DNA of 64,000 nucleotides from Dudresnaya verticillata (Eukaryota), in assembly GCA_977862235.1 (NCBI GenBank), contig OZ374559.1:620001-684000 (forward strand), in the 5' to 3' direction. The position numbers were made by a program, and so were the translations under genes. Shown here piece by piece: positions 10,741-22,272 of the stretch (positions are counted from its first letter, which is position 1; every line of letters starts with the position of its first letter). A model generated the notes under the pieces. The model ran no database searches. It worked only from the letters and a program-made list of their open reading frames with translations, and was not told the DNA's origin.

Positions 10741-13116
10741 AGTGATCCGGTGACACCATTACGTAATAGTTTCTTCTGCTCTTGCTAGACTCTAAACATA
10801 TGCGCCCTGCAGTTCTAATAGACTGGCAATGGTCTCGATCGCTTTCCTTTCCAATCTCGAACTGGTTGAGCTCTACTGAGGATAGGAGAGCAGCATTGGC
10901 TCCTCAAGGTCATTCAAGGCGTGCAGAAGATGTTCTGCTGGTGCCTTCCAGAACGAGTCATGTCGGCAAGGCGAGTCTCTCGGGAGTGGGGATGTGAAAC
11001 GTTGGTCCGGTAGACACAAAACACCTGTTAAAGCTCTCTCTGTGCCTTTCTCTCTCTCTCTGTCCCTGTCGCCGTGCAGGATTGAGCCGACGTCATGGTT
11101 CGCTCCAACTTGAAAGCGTGGGTAGTCAAGGGTGCGATTGGCAATGCTGGCAAGAAGCCGCAACAAGCGCTGCAGACCCGCTGCGCCACCCGTGCCCTAG
11201 AGGACTACAGTCCGGGGGAGGCGTTACAAAAGCGGAAGCGCAACGCTGGTAGATGGCCATGCGGGCATTGCTTGGCCCCGCGTCGCACGCGGCAAAAGCT
11301 CCGCGTTGGAATGCAATGGTCGGTACGGCGTCGCCCATCCTCTTCTGAGCGTTCGACGCCAACCGAAAGGTCCCTGGCCAAGCTTGACGAGACTCCACAT
11401 GCGCCCGCTGAGACTGGGGCTGCTGCGCGCAACGCTTCGTTGCCTCGCCGAGACCCTGCCAGAACTCAACAAGCGTCACGCGAGGCTTTCTTGGGACGGT
11501 CGTGCTTCCCTACGATTGCTGAGCTTATCCGGTACTGCTGCGCTGTTGCGTGAATGCAGCAGCAAGGCTCCCACCGACCGGATCAGCGCCGTGCAAGCCG
11601 ATGTGCGGTTGCGCTCGCTCGAGCGCATCGAACGACTCTGGCAAAGCCCCGAGGTGCAGCCCCGCCGATCGAGACTTCTCCGTCTCCGCCACAAAGGGGC
11701 AACATTCCTGCACGACGCATGAGTTGGCTTGCGACTAGCTGCACGACTGGAGCCGGCGCGGCCAGCGCCAGACCTCTGGCGGCTCGTGTTCGTGTTCGTG
11801 CACGGGCCCTTGCCCCGCTGCAATGCGGTGCGTCTTCCCCAGCACGGTGCGCTGCGTGTCACCGCCGTCCCTGTCTCGGGCAGAGAAACAGCGAGGCGCA
11901 GCTTCTGGGGCGTTCTGCGCCGCTGCACCGCGGCAGCGGCGACACGCTACGCCGCCGGACGGCGTAGGCACGCGCGGTTGACACACGAACGCGCGGCGGC
12001 TCGCAAGTCCTTCTTAGCGCAGGTGTGTGTGTGTGCGGGCGGGCGCTCCTGATGCGCCTGCGACGGAAATCAAACTTTTCCGGGCCGCGCATATCCCGCG
12101 GAGAACAGCGCTGACCACAGCAACAGAAACGGCAGCATGTGCCGCTCTCCCACTCGCCATCGCGCGGCACGGCGAAGCCGTCACGCCGACCGCGGCCATC
12201 GCCGCCCGTCTCCCCCGTCCCGCCAACGCCGCGCTCCGGCGCCGGCGTGGGTGGCCAGCGCTGCGCGGCGCGGCGAGCCGCCGTCGTCGTCGACGTCGTC
12301 GTCGTCCTCGGCCAGGACAGCGAGCGGCAGAACCAGGCGCGCGGCCGCGCGTGCTGCATGACGCCGTGATGCGCGCGTGCGCGGGATGGACGCGGCGGCG
12401 CGGAGTGCGCGACGAGGCACTGCGTCGGAGCCGTCGTCGCACTCGGCGTAGCGGTGGCGCGAGAAGCCCGCAACGGACAAGACGAGGCCGCGCGCGGCGC
12501 GCGCGGAGCAGCAGCTCCAGAGCCCGTGGACGAGCGCATTGTGCGCGGCGCACGGTTTGCGCGCGGTCGTGGCCGTGGCGGGCGGGGCGCGCAGGAAGAC
12601 GGGTTGGCGGGTCTGTCTAGCGCGCGGCTCAACGGGACGGGGATGGACGAGCGGCGCGAGGTGGCGTCGCCGGGAGAGCGCGGCCGACGCAGTCGCGGCG
12701 CGGAAGAGCGCGCGGGGGGCGTACATTGGCGAGAAGAGGTCGACCAGCGCGCTTCTTCATGGCGAGCGTGCGCGGGGACTGTTGCGACGGAGTGGCGGGC
12801 GGGGCGCGAGGAAGGAAGAGAGCGGCGACCGCCCGCGACGGTTGCGTTTGGAGGCGGAAGGCGAAGCGGATCAGCGCTGCAAATCGATGTCAGCGGATGC
12901 GCTCGCAAAGCGTTCTCTTTTCTTTGCTTCGAGTCGCAGCAGCGGCACGATGATCTCCCGATGCTGATAATCTTCCGCTGCGCCTGTCCCATCCCATAGA
13001 TGGCCCCCATCCCCTCGCACCCCGCTCGCCCTTTCCCCGCGCCCCCGCGCCCGCCCGTCTCCTTCCGTCCGCGTGACGCCGCGCGCGCGTCACATTGAGC
13101 CAGCCCACCCGCCGCC

Positions 13117-14253
13117 GTGCAGCCCGGGCCGCCTTCATGCACGTCAGCACGCTGCGCAGCGAGCTGCTGCTGCGCATGCGATGCGACCTGCTGCGCTCGC
13201 AGGCTGAGCACATCCTGGCAGCGCGTCGCATGGTCTACCCCGTCCAGGCAGTCGGCCTCACGATGGGGACGCTGTACGCCAGACAGCGCCCCGCAGAGCC
13301 CCATTCGGCCCTATGAGGCCCTTTGGCTCCTTCTCCAAGCCATGCAGCTGGGCGGCCTCCCGATGCTTTCTTGCAGGTTGCATCGGACGCTTCGGCTTGC
13401 TTCCCGGACCTTCCCGAGATCGTTCTGGACGCTCCGTGTACTGTCGCTCGCTGCTCACAACGTTTCCAGCAGTTTGCAAGCTTGAGAAACTAGCCCCACG
13501 GGAGACCTTCTTCGCGTGGGCGACAATGACCACGCCGCCATCATTGTCCTGCTTTCGTTGCTATTGAAACCCGGACATGCCCTTCTTGCGCATATCCGAC
13601 ATCCCGGGCGTGACTCAAGCCGAAGGATCTCGCTCGAAGCGCTCGGCCAACTCGGCCATACTACAAGTAGATTCGGAAGACGGGTCGAAATACGCTGCGT
13701 GCAAGTCGCGCCGGGACAGTCGACCGACAGGGTTGTAAATGCGGTCATCCGTGAAGGCGTACACGATGACGCCCTTGACGGCGCTGAGGCATGGAAGCGG
13801 GAGTGGCATGGCGTATTGTCTGAGCGGGCGGAAGTTTTCTGTTAGCGCGAAGCCGGTGGCCGCTGCAGAAACCGTGTTGCTTCCATTGTATGCGTCCAGC
13901 GGTGCGCTGAAGTCGCCCGGATGAGAGCAGCAGCGTTCGCCCTTGGATGCGCTCGAGAACGAGGTAACGATTTCCACAAATGGTGACGGGTGCGACGACT
14001 GGTCCGACGATCGTGGCACGTTATTGGCAGCCTTTGCGATCTTGCAGCTCTTGTAGCTCTTGCGGTGATGCCCCTGGTCCTCTTCCTCCTCCGGCCCGTT
14101 CTGTTTGGGACTAGCTTTGACGTTGAGGCGAGAGAATGCGGCAGAGAATTGCAGAAGAGGGATTGCGCCTATTGTACAGGGCATCTATTGGAGGTGGAGG
14201 TTTCTTTGACGCTGTCAACGAACGTGCTGATTGAGCCGCCACTGTTTGTGTGA
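13117..14253 (+). pseudogene. Decayed gene of unknown family
   Basis: ORFs 13117-13485, 13516-13845 and 13990-14253 are all in one frame, separated by isolated stops; no family motif recognised. Confidence 0.3.
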
Positions 14254-14706
14254 GCAGCAGAATGTGACCGTGTGATGCGCAACTGGCTTCCACAGGTCTC
14301 GACGCGTGCCAGTCTCTCCCTTGCCCAGCGCCGGGTCCAAACCCCAGTTGAGGTGGGCACGTGCCGGAGCCTTCGGCGCGTCGCCGCGGAAAGGGTAAGT
14401 TCTCTTATCGCTCCAGATTCCCACCGGCTCTCCATACCCACAAACGGAAACTACCCCTGCGCTGCTTTTACAGCCACTAAACGTACCTCTCCGTCGGTGC
14501 AAAAGACAAAACCACGACACAAACAGACCTCGCACCAACAAGGGAGAGACGCAGCGCCCCCTCCCCTCCCCCTCCCTCCCCAACCCACATCAACCACCAA
14601 CCCCACGCCATGCCCTGATGCTTCGCCTCCGCCTCGCCGCCGCTGCGCCGCCCGCTCGTCGAGCTACCCGCTGCCGACGGCTAAGACTGATAACCAGTGA
14701 GGGCAT

Positions 14707-16052
14707 CTCAGTTTGATCACGTACTTAGAACAGCGTGAAAACGGCGGTGTGCTACTCAGCACGTTGTGAGAATAGCATTCCCCTGGCTGTCTGAAAGTAC
14801 CAGAATGAAAGCAGAAAGAATTCGGACCCTGGGGTTTGCCGCACTCCTTCTCTTTCCTTGCAGTTGCTTCGGGCGGCTTGGATCCGGCATGGATAGGAGG
14901 ATGGAATGTCAAGATCGGACAACTCACATCTATTGTAAGACGCAGATGGATCGTACGGATATAGCAACAGTGTCTTTAAGTCTTGGCTCTCACGAAGCAT
15001 TTCACCACCAGTGGTGTCCAAGAAGGTTCTTTTCTATTTTGATGCAGTCACCGCAGCATTGCATGATGAGCACAATGAGTCCAGTAGATGTTTCCACAGC
15101 TCTCAACGCAATGGGACTGCTGCTTTGTCTTTTCCGATCTTGCTTCCGCTCCGCTTCCCTGCTTTCGTCACGTCATGCTTCCCCCTCTCTCGTTTCTTCC
15201 CATGCCCCTGTGCTAAGCCTTTCATGCTCTATGCTGACGTACGTCGATCGGCACTTCAGCGGCATAGTGTACTTTTCCCATTCTTCACCTCCTCCCAACT
15301 TCTCGTGCGTCAGCTCGAGACTCCACTCTCCCATACCGTACCCGTTCCTCCTGTTAACCTCTCACATTCTTGTCATTCCCTCTTCCAATCCACTGCACCG
15401 TTCAACCAAGGATCTCCAACAAGATGCCTTCGCTTCTGCAACAAATATTACAGTAGATCTTGTGGTTCTTTCTGCTCCTCTATTGCGCTCTGTTGTCCAC
15501 TTCGACAATGTCGAGTCCCATCATGCCTTCACTTCACTAAGAAAAACGTCCAACAGCGACTCACTCACTGGCTTGCGTGACATTTGTCTACGTGTTCCTA
15601 GGAGCCAATGAATGCACCCAAGGCGGCACAGCTTTCTAGTTCACGGTGCCCATTTGTTCTGACCAGCGGCGATTTGAAGCAAAGGTCTTCTCTCTTTATG
15701 GGGGTGTAAGGATGCCGTACTTGGGTACTCGTTGAAGACTCTCTGGAAAGTTGGGAGAGAGCTGTTGGGGAGGTTTGTACGCTGGGACCACGTCTCTATT
15801 CGAACTATCGCCTTTCTTGAAAGGACTGCTTACTGCTCCCGGGAAGATGGCTAACAAGGTCGACTCGAACAGCTTTACTGTGTAGGGAAGGAGGCCACTT
15901 CCGAGCCCCTCTCCATGCGCATGAAAGGCTTTTTTGCAAGTGTTTAGCGTACGATGTCCGGAGGCCGGCGTGGAAATGGGTTATTTTGAAAGATCTTCAA
16001 GAGTATAGTTCCCCTTTCTCTCCCCCAATGGAGGGAATCTGCAAATGAACCA
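14707..16052. repeat. About 1.3-kb diverged direct repeat, copy 1 (copy 2 about 19372-20622); probably a decayed TE or pseudogene
   Basis: Collinear shared blocks, e.g. ctcagtttgatcacgt, attcccctggctgt, agaaagaattcggac, acgtctctattcgaactatcgcc, ttcaagagtatagttcccctttct. Confidence 0.88.
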
Positions 16053-16379
16053 CTTCTGAGAAACCAAGCGCAGCTAATACAGAAGCTATGCCTCTGTAGG
16101 AGAATAATTGAGACTTTGCCGCCATCTCGGAAGAATTTGTTCAATCTGGAGCTCATGTTCTTTCTCGCCATTTCTAAGAGTCTATACGAGTCTACAGGCA
16201 ATTCTCGTAAAGGGAGTTACAGTGAGACCATAGTAGCATACTCAAACAAAGGGCAGGGATATTGAATAGAACCTACAAGGCATTGCAAAGCTGAGGATGT
16301 GTGCTTGGACTTCTGTGTTATTCCCTTTGTAAAACGTTTTACTGGACGCCAGATACCATTTCGCATTTCCTCGCAGTAC

Positions 16380-17351
16380 TCACAACTTCGATTCCGTCTC
16401 CGTACCATTGGCCTGTCGCTCGTGCTCCAAGGCCAGGTGGAGTGCCATTGGGTATTTCCTCGACGGATAACTTTCTTCCTTGGCGTGATCATTCATGAAG
16501 CTGCGTACCGGGTCCCAAGATGGAACTGGCTCAGGAGTAGGGCACGGACACGTCCAGTAATGTATTCCCGAGTTAAGCTCTTGATCTGGGCCGCCAGGTA
16601 GTCCGAACAATCCACCGTTAACGACGCTAGTGTACGGAGTAGCTCGCGTTGCAACAACCTCTTCATTCACCAGAGCCTCAAAGTCTGGAAAGTCATTAAC
16701 ATCACCAACAACCAAGATTTTTCCAACCTTCTTGCCGTCTTTCTTGCCATCAGTGCGCACAATAACTTTCATTTTAAGGTCGATATTGGGGTTTGGGATT
16801 CCCTCTGGAAGCACCCCGTTTTTTGCCGCCAGCGTAACAGTCAGAGTTGAGACCTTTGCTCTGTTCTTCACTTTAACAAGCTGGTTCGTGATTCTACCCG
16901 GGCTGTCAGACCAGAGCGTCTTCAGACCAGATTCCGGCCCGGAATAAATACGAGTATTTCCCATTTCGAACTTGACGATACCTGCAAATTGGAAGGGACA
17001 TGGGGTTAGTCATAAACGAATACGCTTTTAAAGACGATGGACGTGACTGTCTTCCAGAAACATACCTCCCTTAAGCTTTCCAATATCCTTAACGTCGAAT
17101 GTGAGGCGGAATCTCATTTTTGAAGATCCGCCGCCAAAACCACGATTGTCCGTGTTTCCCCAGTAGCCGGTAGTTGAGCCCAAGGATGGTATGATAGTGA
17201 ACCAACCATTTCCGAGGTGTGGGACAGAGGTGCCCATACGCCCGGGAATAAAGGCGTTGACCTCAACGGTTAGTTGACATGGATCTTTCAAATCGAAGGT
17301 GATGGCTAGCGCATGTGCGCTGAGCGTAGCTAGAACGAAGAAGGCCCACAT
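16380..17351 (-). CDS. Secreted protein, DUF3238-like, 295 aa; two exons (17351-17066 and 16981-16380)
   Basis: Signal peptide MWAFFVLATLSAHALA. An 84-nt phase-1 intron (17065-16982; GTATGT donor, ACTAAC branch, TTGCAG acceptor) joins the two ORFs in frame (..KLKG-G-IVKFEMGN..). Motifs NAFIP, TDNRGF, PNID, GDVNDFPDFE. Confidence 0.8.
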
Positions 17352-19371
17352 TTTGTTCGGTCGAAATCGTCAAGTTTGTTGAACAGTTTGTGGTGGTTTG
17401 GTGCGAGGCGGATCTCAAGTTGTTTGTTCTGCTCGGCTCTTATACAGTTCGTCTGACCAAAAAAACATGAGGATCCAGCACCTGCAGGAGAACACCCAAA
17501 GGGTGTAGAAGGAACGCCTGTACCGCAACAGAGAAAATAGCGGTGAGCATTCCTCTAACGCGTTTCAAGGACAGGGTCCCTTGCAAGCGAGAAAATCGGC
17601 AATGCTCTATGGCCTTGACAAACGGCAGTATTGGAGAAATGTCCCAGCTCGTCAGAACAAGTGTTCACAATGAAAGTCTAAAAACTGTCAGAAAGCTACA
17701 ATGCAATAACCGCTTGTCAGGTCTTTTTGCCACTCTTGTCTAGAAGGTTGCCAACGCCTTTTCACCAAGCACATTACTAGAATTAAAGCGCAGCGGTGAG
17801 AAGACATGCACAGATGCATTCACAACATTCCTTGCGAGCTTTGCACGAGACACCATTGAGGATGCAAGCTTGTCGTGCAAGCTCCAACTCTTGATTAGAA
17901 AGCAGTATGTAGTTATTCACTGAAAAGTTTCTATCAAAGTAGTGGCCATGGGTGCAGTCTATATTTTCCTGTACAGTATAGATTTGTAACAAAACTCTTA
18001 TAAATCTCTACCAGTTCCATAAACTCGACTAGATGTACTGGGGTTTGTACCCGACTGCTGAATATTAAAGATATGAAATCCGTCCCCGTTCGCTTTATTT
18101 CTCTGCAAGAGTAACCTTGTCCGACCAAAGAAAATGAAAAACGAAGAGTTTGCAGCGATGAAGAGCCAGGTCATTAGGCTTCCGTAGCTCCTCCGTGGAA
18201 ATAGTTGCGAACTATTACGTGCTCTGCAAACCAAGGCACCTGATGAAAAGTTGCAGAAACCTTAGTTGTAAAGAGGCATTTATCCAACAGAAATCTCTGA
18301 ATGAGCACTTGTCTGTGAAGCCGCGCAACACTGTAGCCTACACTTTTGTAGCTGCCGGCGAGTAATAGAAGCAAAGAACTGCTGGCAACAAGTCTAGTGA
18401 ATCTGATTAGGCCCAGAGGAGGGGTTTTCAGAGAAAGTTTTCGACAGATCCATTGTAGCTGTTGATGAGGAGCTGACGCTGTTCAAATACACTACTTTGT
18501 GCGATTCTGTCTGTATTGGTGTGTGTGCATTGTGTTTTGTGGGAATGTAAAGATCGCTGATATCCATAGTCCAGAAAATACTCGCTGGACTGCGTATCAG
18601 GTTAGCTCCGAGTCATTGCGGTGAAAAGATTGGGGCAGAAAGTAGCAGGGTCGATGTACTGATGTAATCGTGAGATGGAAAATCGCCATACCTGCTGCAA
18701 TCATGAGAATGGGGTTGTTATACAATGTTGGCCTTTACTGATATGAGCGTATCGGTTCCGGTAGCTGGGGACCATTAGCCAACACGCAAGAGGTACTAAT
18801 GTATTCCAATTCGTTCTGTTGATATACTGGTGCATTAGGAAGATTCTCGGTGTAGTTGAGGAGTCGGATTAGGTCGACGACATGGACGAGTTCGAGTAGG
18901 ACAATCGTCGAAATTGATGGACCAGCCGTAGCCACGATTTGGCGGATAGGTCTGCGTTCTTGAGCTCTTGACGGTGCAGCGGGATTGAGTGCAATGGTGA
19001 CATCCATTAGCACGCACGAACGGAAAGTAAAGCGACGTGGAACGGAGAAATATATAGTAGGTGAGATTAAACTTTACGATATGCTTTGTAGGGTAGGTGC
19101 AGAACAGGCGGTCCTGTGTACGGGCGTGGTCCGTTTTCCGAGTCCCAACCGCTCCAATTAATGTCGTCGTTGGTCGGTTGTTGCCGTCCGCGAAGAGGAG
19201 TCAGCGTTGTATTCGTGTCATGCAGTGTGAGGCTCATTGAGGTGATGCTCCCGGTGAGGTTCGTCATCACTTTATCCTAGAACATCCTACTGTCTCTATC
19301 TAAAACGACAAGGGAAACGTAATTCAACGGGTCACAGGAAGCTCTAGGAAGGGTTTTGGCTTTGAGGGCTG

Positions 19372-20622
19372 CTCAGTTTGATCACGTCCAAAGAACTACG
19401 TGATAATAAGCGGTGTGCTACCCTGCACATTATGAGCATAGTATTCCCCTGGCTGTTTGAAAGCACCAGAATGAACGTAGAAAGAATTCGGACACTAGGT
19501 TTTACATCTCTCCTCCTCTTTCCTTGTAATTTCTTCAGGGTACCTTGGATCCGCCGTCCGAGGATTGAATGTCAAGATGAGCGAACTCATATCGATTGTA
19601 AGAGGTAGATGGATCCTACTGGTCCTGCAGCGGTATCTTGTCTCCAAGTCTTGGCCCTCCCGTAGCACCTCACCACAAGTGGTGTTCAAGGAGGCTATTC
19701 TTTTCCGTTTTGATCTAGTCACACCGCATTGCATGATGAGCATAGTAGATGGCTGCTGCTTGTTTTTCTCATTTTCGCGCTTGTTTCTGGCGATCCTCTT
19801 CCCTGCTTTCGTCACGTCATGTTTCCCTCTCGTGTCTTCCCATGACTTTGTGCGAAGCCTCTCATGCTTAATACTGACGTACTTCGGTCGGCACTTCATG
19901 TGGCATAATTTACTTTTCCTTGCTCTTCGCCTCCTCCCAACCTCTCGTCCGTTAGCTCGAAAGTCCACTCTCCAATACTGTACCTGTTCCTCCTGAAAAC
20001 CTCTCACACTCCTCAGCATGACAGCACTGTTCTTTCAAGGATCTCCAGCGAGATGCCTTTGCGCCTGTAACGCATGCTACAGTAGATCTTATCGCTCTTT
20101 GTGCTTTGCTCTTTGTGCTTCTCTATTGGACTTAGAGAGCCCTCCTACAGCGTGTCAGTTGGCGAAACACTGGCTTGCATGACGTTTATCCACGTGTTAC
20201 TCGAAGCCAAAAGCCAATGAAGGCCCGCAGGGCGGCACGGGTTTCTAGCTCGCGCTGCCCATTCTCTCTTAGTGAGAGTGTAAGGATGCCGAAATTGGAT
20301 ACGTGTTGAAGACTCTCTGGAAATGTTCAGAGAGAGGGGATTATTCACAAGGGGTTTCTACGCTGGGAAGACGTCTCTATTCGAACTATCGCCTTTTGAG
20401 GAAGGACTGCTTACTGCTCCCAGGAAAATGGCATTGACGAGGCCGATTCCAACAGGTTTAATGTGTAGAGAAGGAGGCCTCTTTGAGTCCCCCCCCCTCC
20501 ATGCGCAACTGTTTCGCATACGATGTCCGGAGTCTGTCGCGGGATTTGGATCTTGTTTGAAAGAAAGTTCAAGAGTATAGTTCCCCTTTCTATCCCCCAA
20601 TGGAGGAACTGCAAACGAACCT
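19372..20622. repeat. About 1.3-kb diverged direct repeat, copy 2
   Basis: Collinear with 14707-16052, with many substitutions and indels. Confidence 0.88.
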
Positions 20623-21069
20623 TTGCACTCGTCATCAAGCAAACACGGCATCTATTATTCAATCAAAGTCTCCTGGGAGACGCCCCCGCAGGTAACACAG
20701 GCGCATAGGCGCATACCAACGATTCGTCCTGATTCTGGGACCAAATTAACAAATCATTTCATGTCACAACAGAGCGGATTTCCACAAGCCGAGGCACCCA
20801 CCCACCAACTGGTAACATGCTGCAAATAAAGTGCACCATCACCGCCGCCACCCGTCGCCACCATGCTTGCTCTTAACGACTCAACAAAATTACAACATCA
20901 CCACCGTTCTTGCCGTCAGCTTCCGGCCTTCGGATGGCTACTTGGGCGAAGGGAAAGCAAAGAATGTCCCGAAAGAGGTAGCATTTAGTCAATAGGATCT
21001 AGAGATGACCTTTACGCATAGGATCTAGAAACAGGTGCAGCAGATGGAGAAGATGGAGCCAAAACTTGT

Positions 21070-21260
21070 GTCTTGTTGCTTTTAATGTGCCTTGTCACAT
21101 ATCATCAAACGGGTAAATTGCTAGCTTTTTCAGCTTATCACCAAACGGGTAGCTTGTAAGCTTTTTAATGTAGCATGTCCCGTGTCATCAAACGCGTATC
21201 TTGTTTTCTTTTTAACGCAGCAGCCTGCTCCGTATCATCAAATGGGCATCATTGTAGCAT
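21070..21260. repeat. Degenerate minisatellite (core ATCATCAAACGGGTA x4)
   Basis: Cores at 21101, 21137, 21184 and 21234; the intervening sequences are related to each other (cttttaatgt..). Confidence 0.7.
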
Positions 21261-21325
21261 TTATCGTGGTTGCTCACGAATAAAAAATGGAAACATGTCG
21301 GAGCTCGTCTGTATAGTAACAATAA

Positions 21326-21327
<2 letters not shown>

Positions 21328-21385
<58 letters not shown>
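21328..21385. repeat. (GT)29 microsatellite preceded by AATAAAG and flanked by a 10-bp direct repeat TAGTAACAAT
   Basis: Read directly; flanks at 21314-21323 and 21385-21394. Confidence 0.95.
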
Positions 21386-21387
<2 letters not shown>

Positions 21388-22272
21388 TAACAATCGTCAG
21401 CCAAAACCCTACCAATAAATTACAGAGAGTGCTTGATGAAGCAGTGGTACATGCTAGCTGGCGTCCCGTATCGTCGCCGTGGCTTGAGAATACCACCAGG
21501 CTGACCGCGGTGAGTGCACGTCGGCACACCAGTTACGTTGGGGGTTTCAATCGTAGCGGGATCGGCGGCAAGCTGTCGGTGGTAGAGCAATATGCTCGAA
21601 GTCCGGTTTTAGAGTGGCTCATGTGAATCTTCCGAATAAGGGGATGCTCGAAGCTGGCATGTCATAATGTGGAAAACGGGACTTAGAGATATTTGCGAGG
21701 CGCTGAGCACAGCGAAATCGGTTTGCTCGTAGCAGGCTTGCCTTGCTATTGTCGAGGCAGCTGTGACAGCATCTTGAGGTCAATAAGGTTCCGAGGTGCA
21801 TGTCATACAGCGTCTGAGATCAGCCTAGAGGGCGTTAGGCCCGCAACAGCAGCCGCCGAACTAGCACTGGAAAGGTTGGGGACATTTCTACGCAGGTATG
21901 GAGTGCTCCCTGTTCGCAGGGCTATGATATTGAGATTGATTCGAACAGCTTTACGCGATGGGAAGGAGGTCACTTGCCACAACCATCGCTCGATTCTTCG
22001 ATTCCAACGAAAGAAAAATACTACCACGCTGCGTGCGACGCATTCCCGTTCTCGATTGTTCTTCTACTCACTTGATCTCTCACGGCTCTATCCTCGTTCT
22101 AATAGCAACCACAAGATAAACTGCATAAGTCCCTGACAACTGTAGGAATAGTTCGTCCTGGTCCTAAATCATCATTTTTCATTATCTCTGACTTGCTGCG
22201 GTGCTATCAGTCTTTAGACATCAACCGCCGTCGACTTGCCTGCCCTCGGGGCCCTATAGCTTCCTGGGTGAG

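Noticed and set aside
11859..13304. 481-aa minus-strand ORF and many overlapping Arg/Ala/Pro-rich ORFs
   Set aside because: Expected from very high GC content; low-complexity translation with no domain motifs.
14766..15611. 281-aa plus-strand ORF within the 1.3-kb repeat
   Set aside because: Non-ATG start, Ser/Leu-rich composition, and not kept open in the second copy.
21101..21248. Four spaced 15-bp repeats resembling a CRISPR array
   Set aside because: The repeats are degenerate, the intervals are uneven (36, 47, 50), the spacers resemble each other, there are no cas genes, and the context is eukaryotic; it is a minisatellite.
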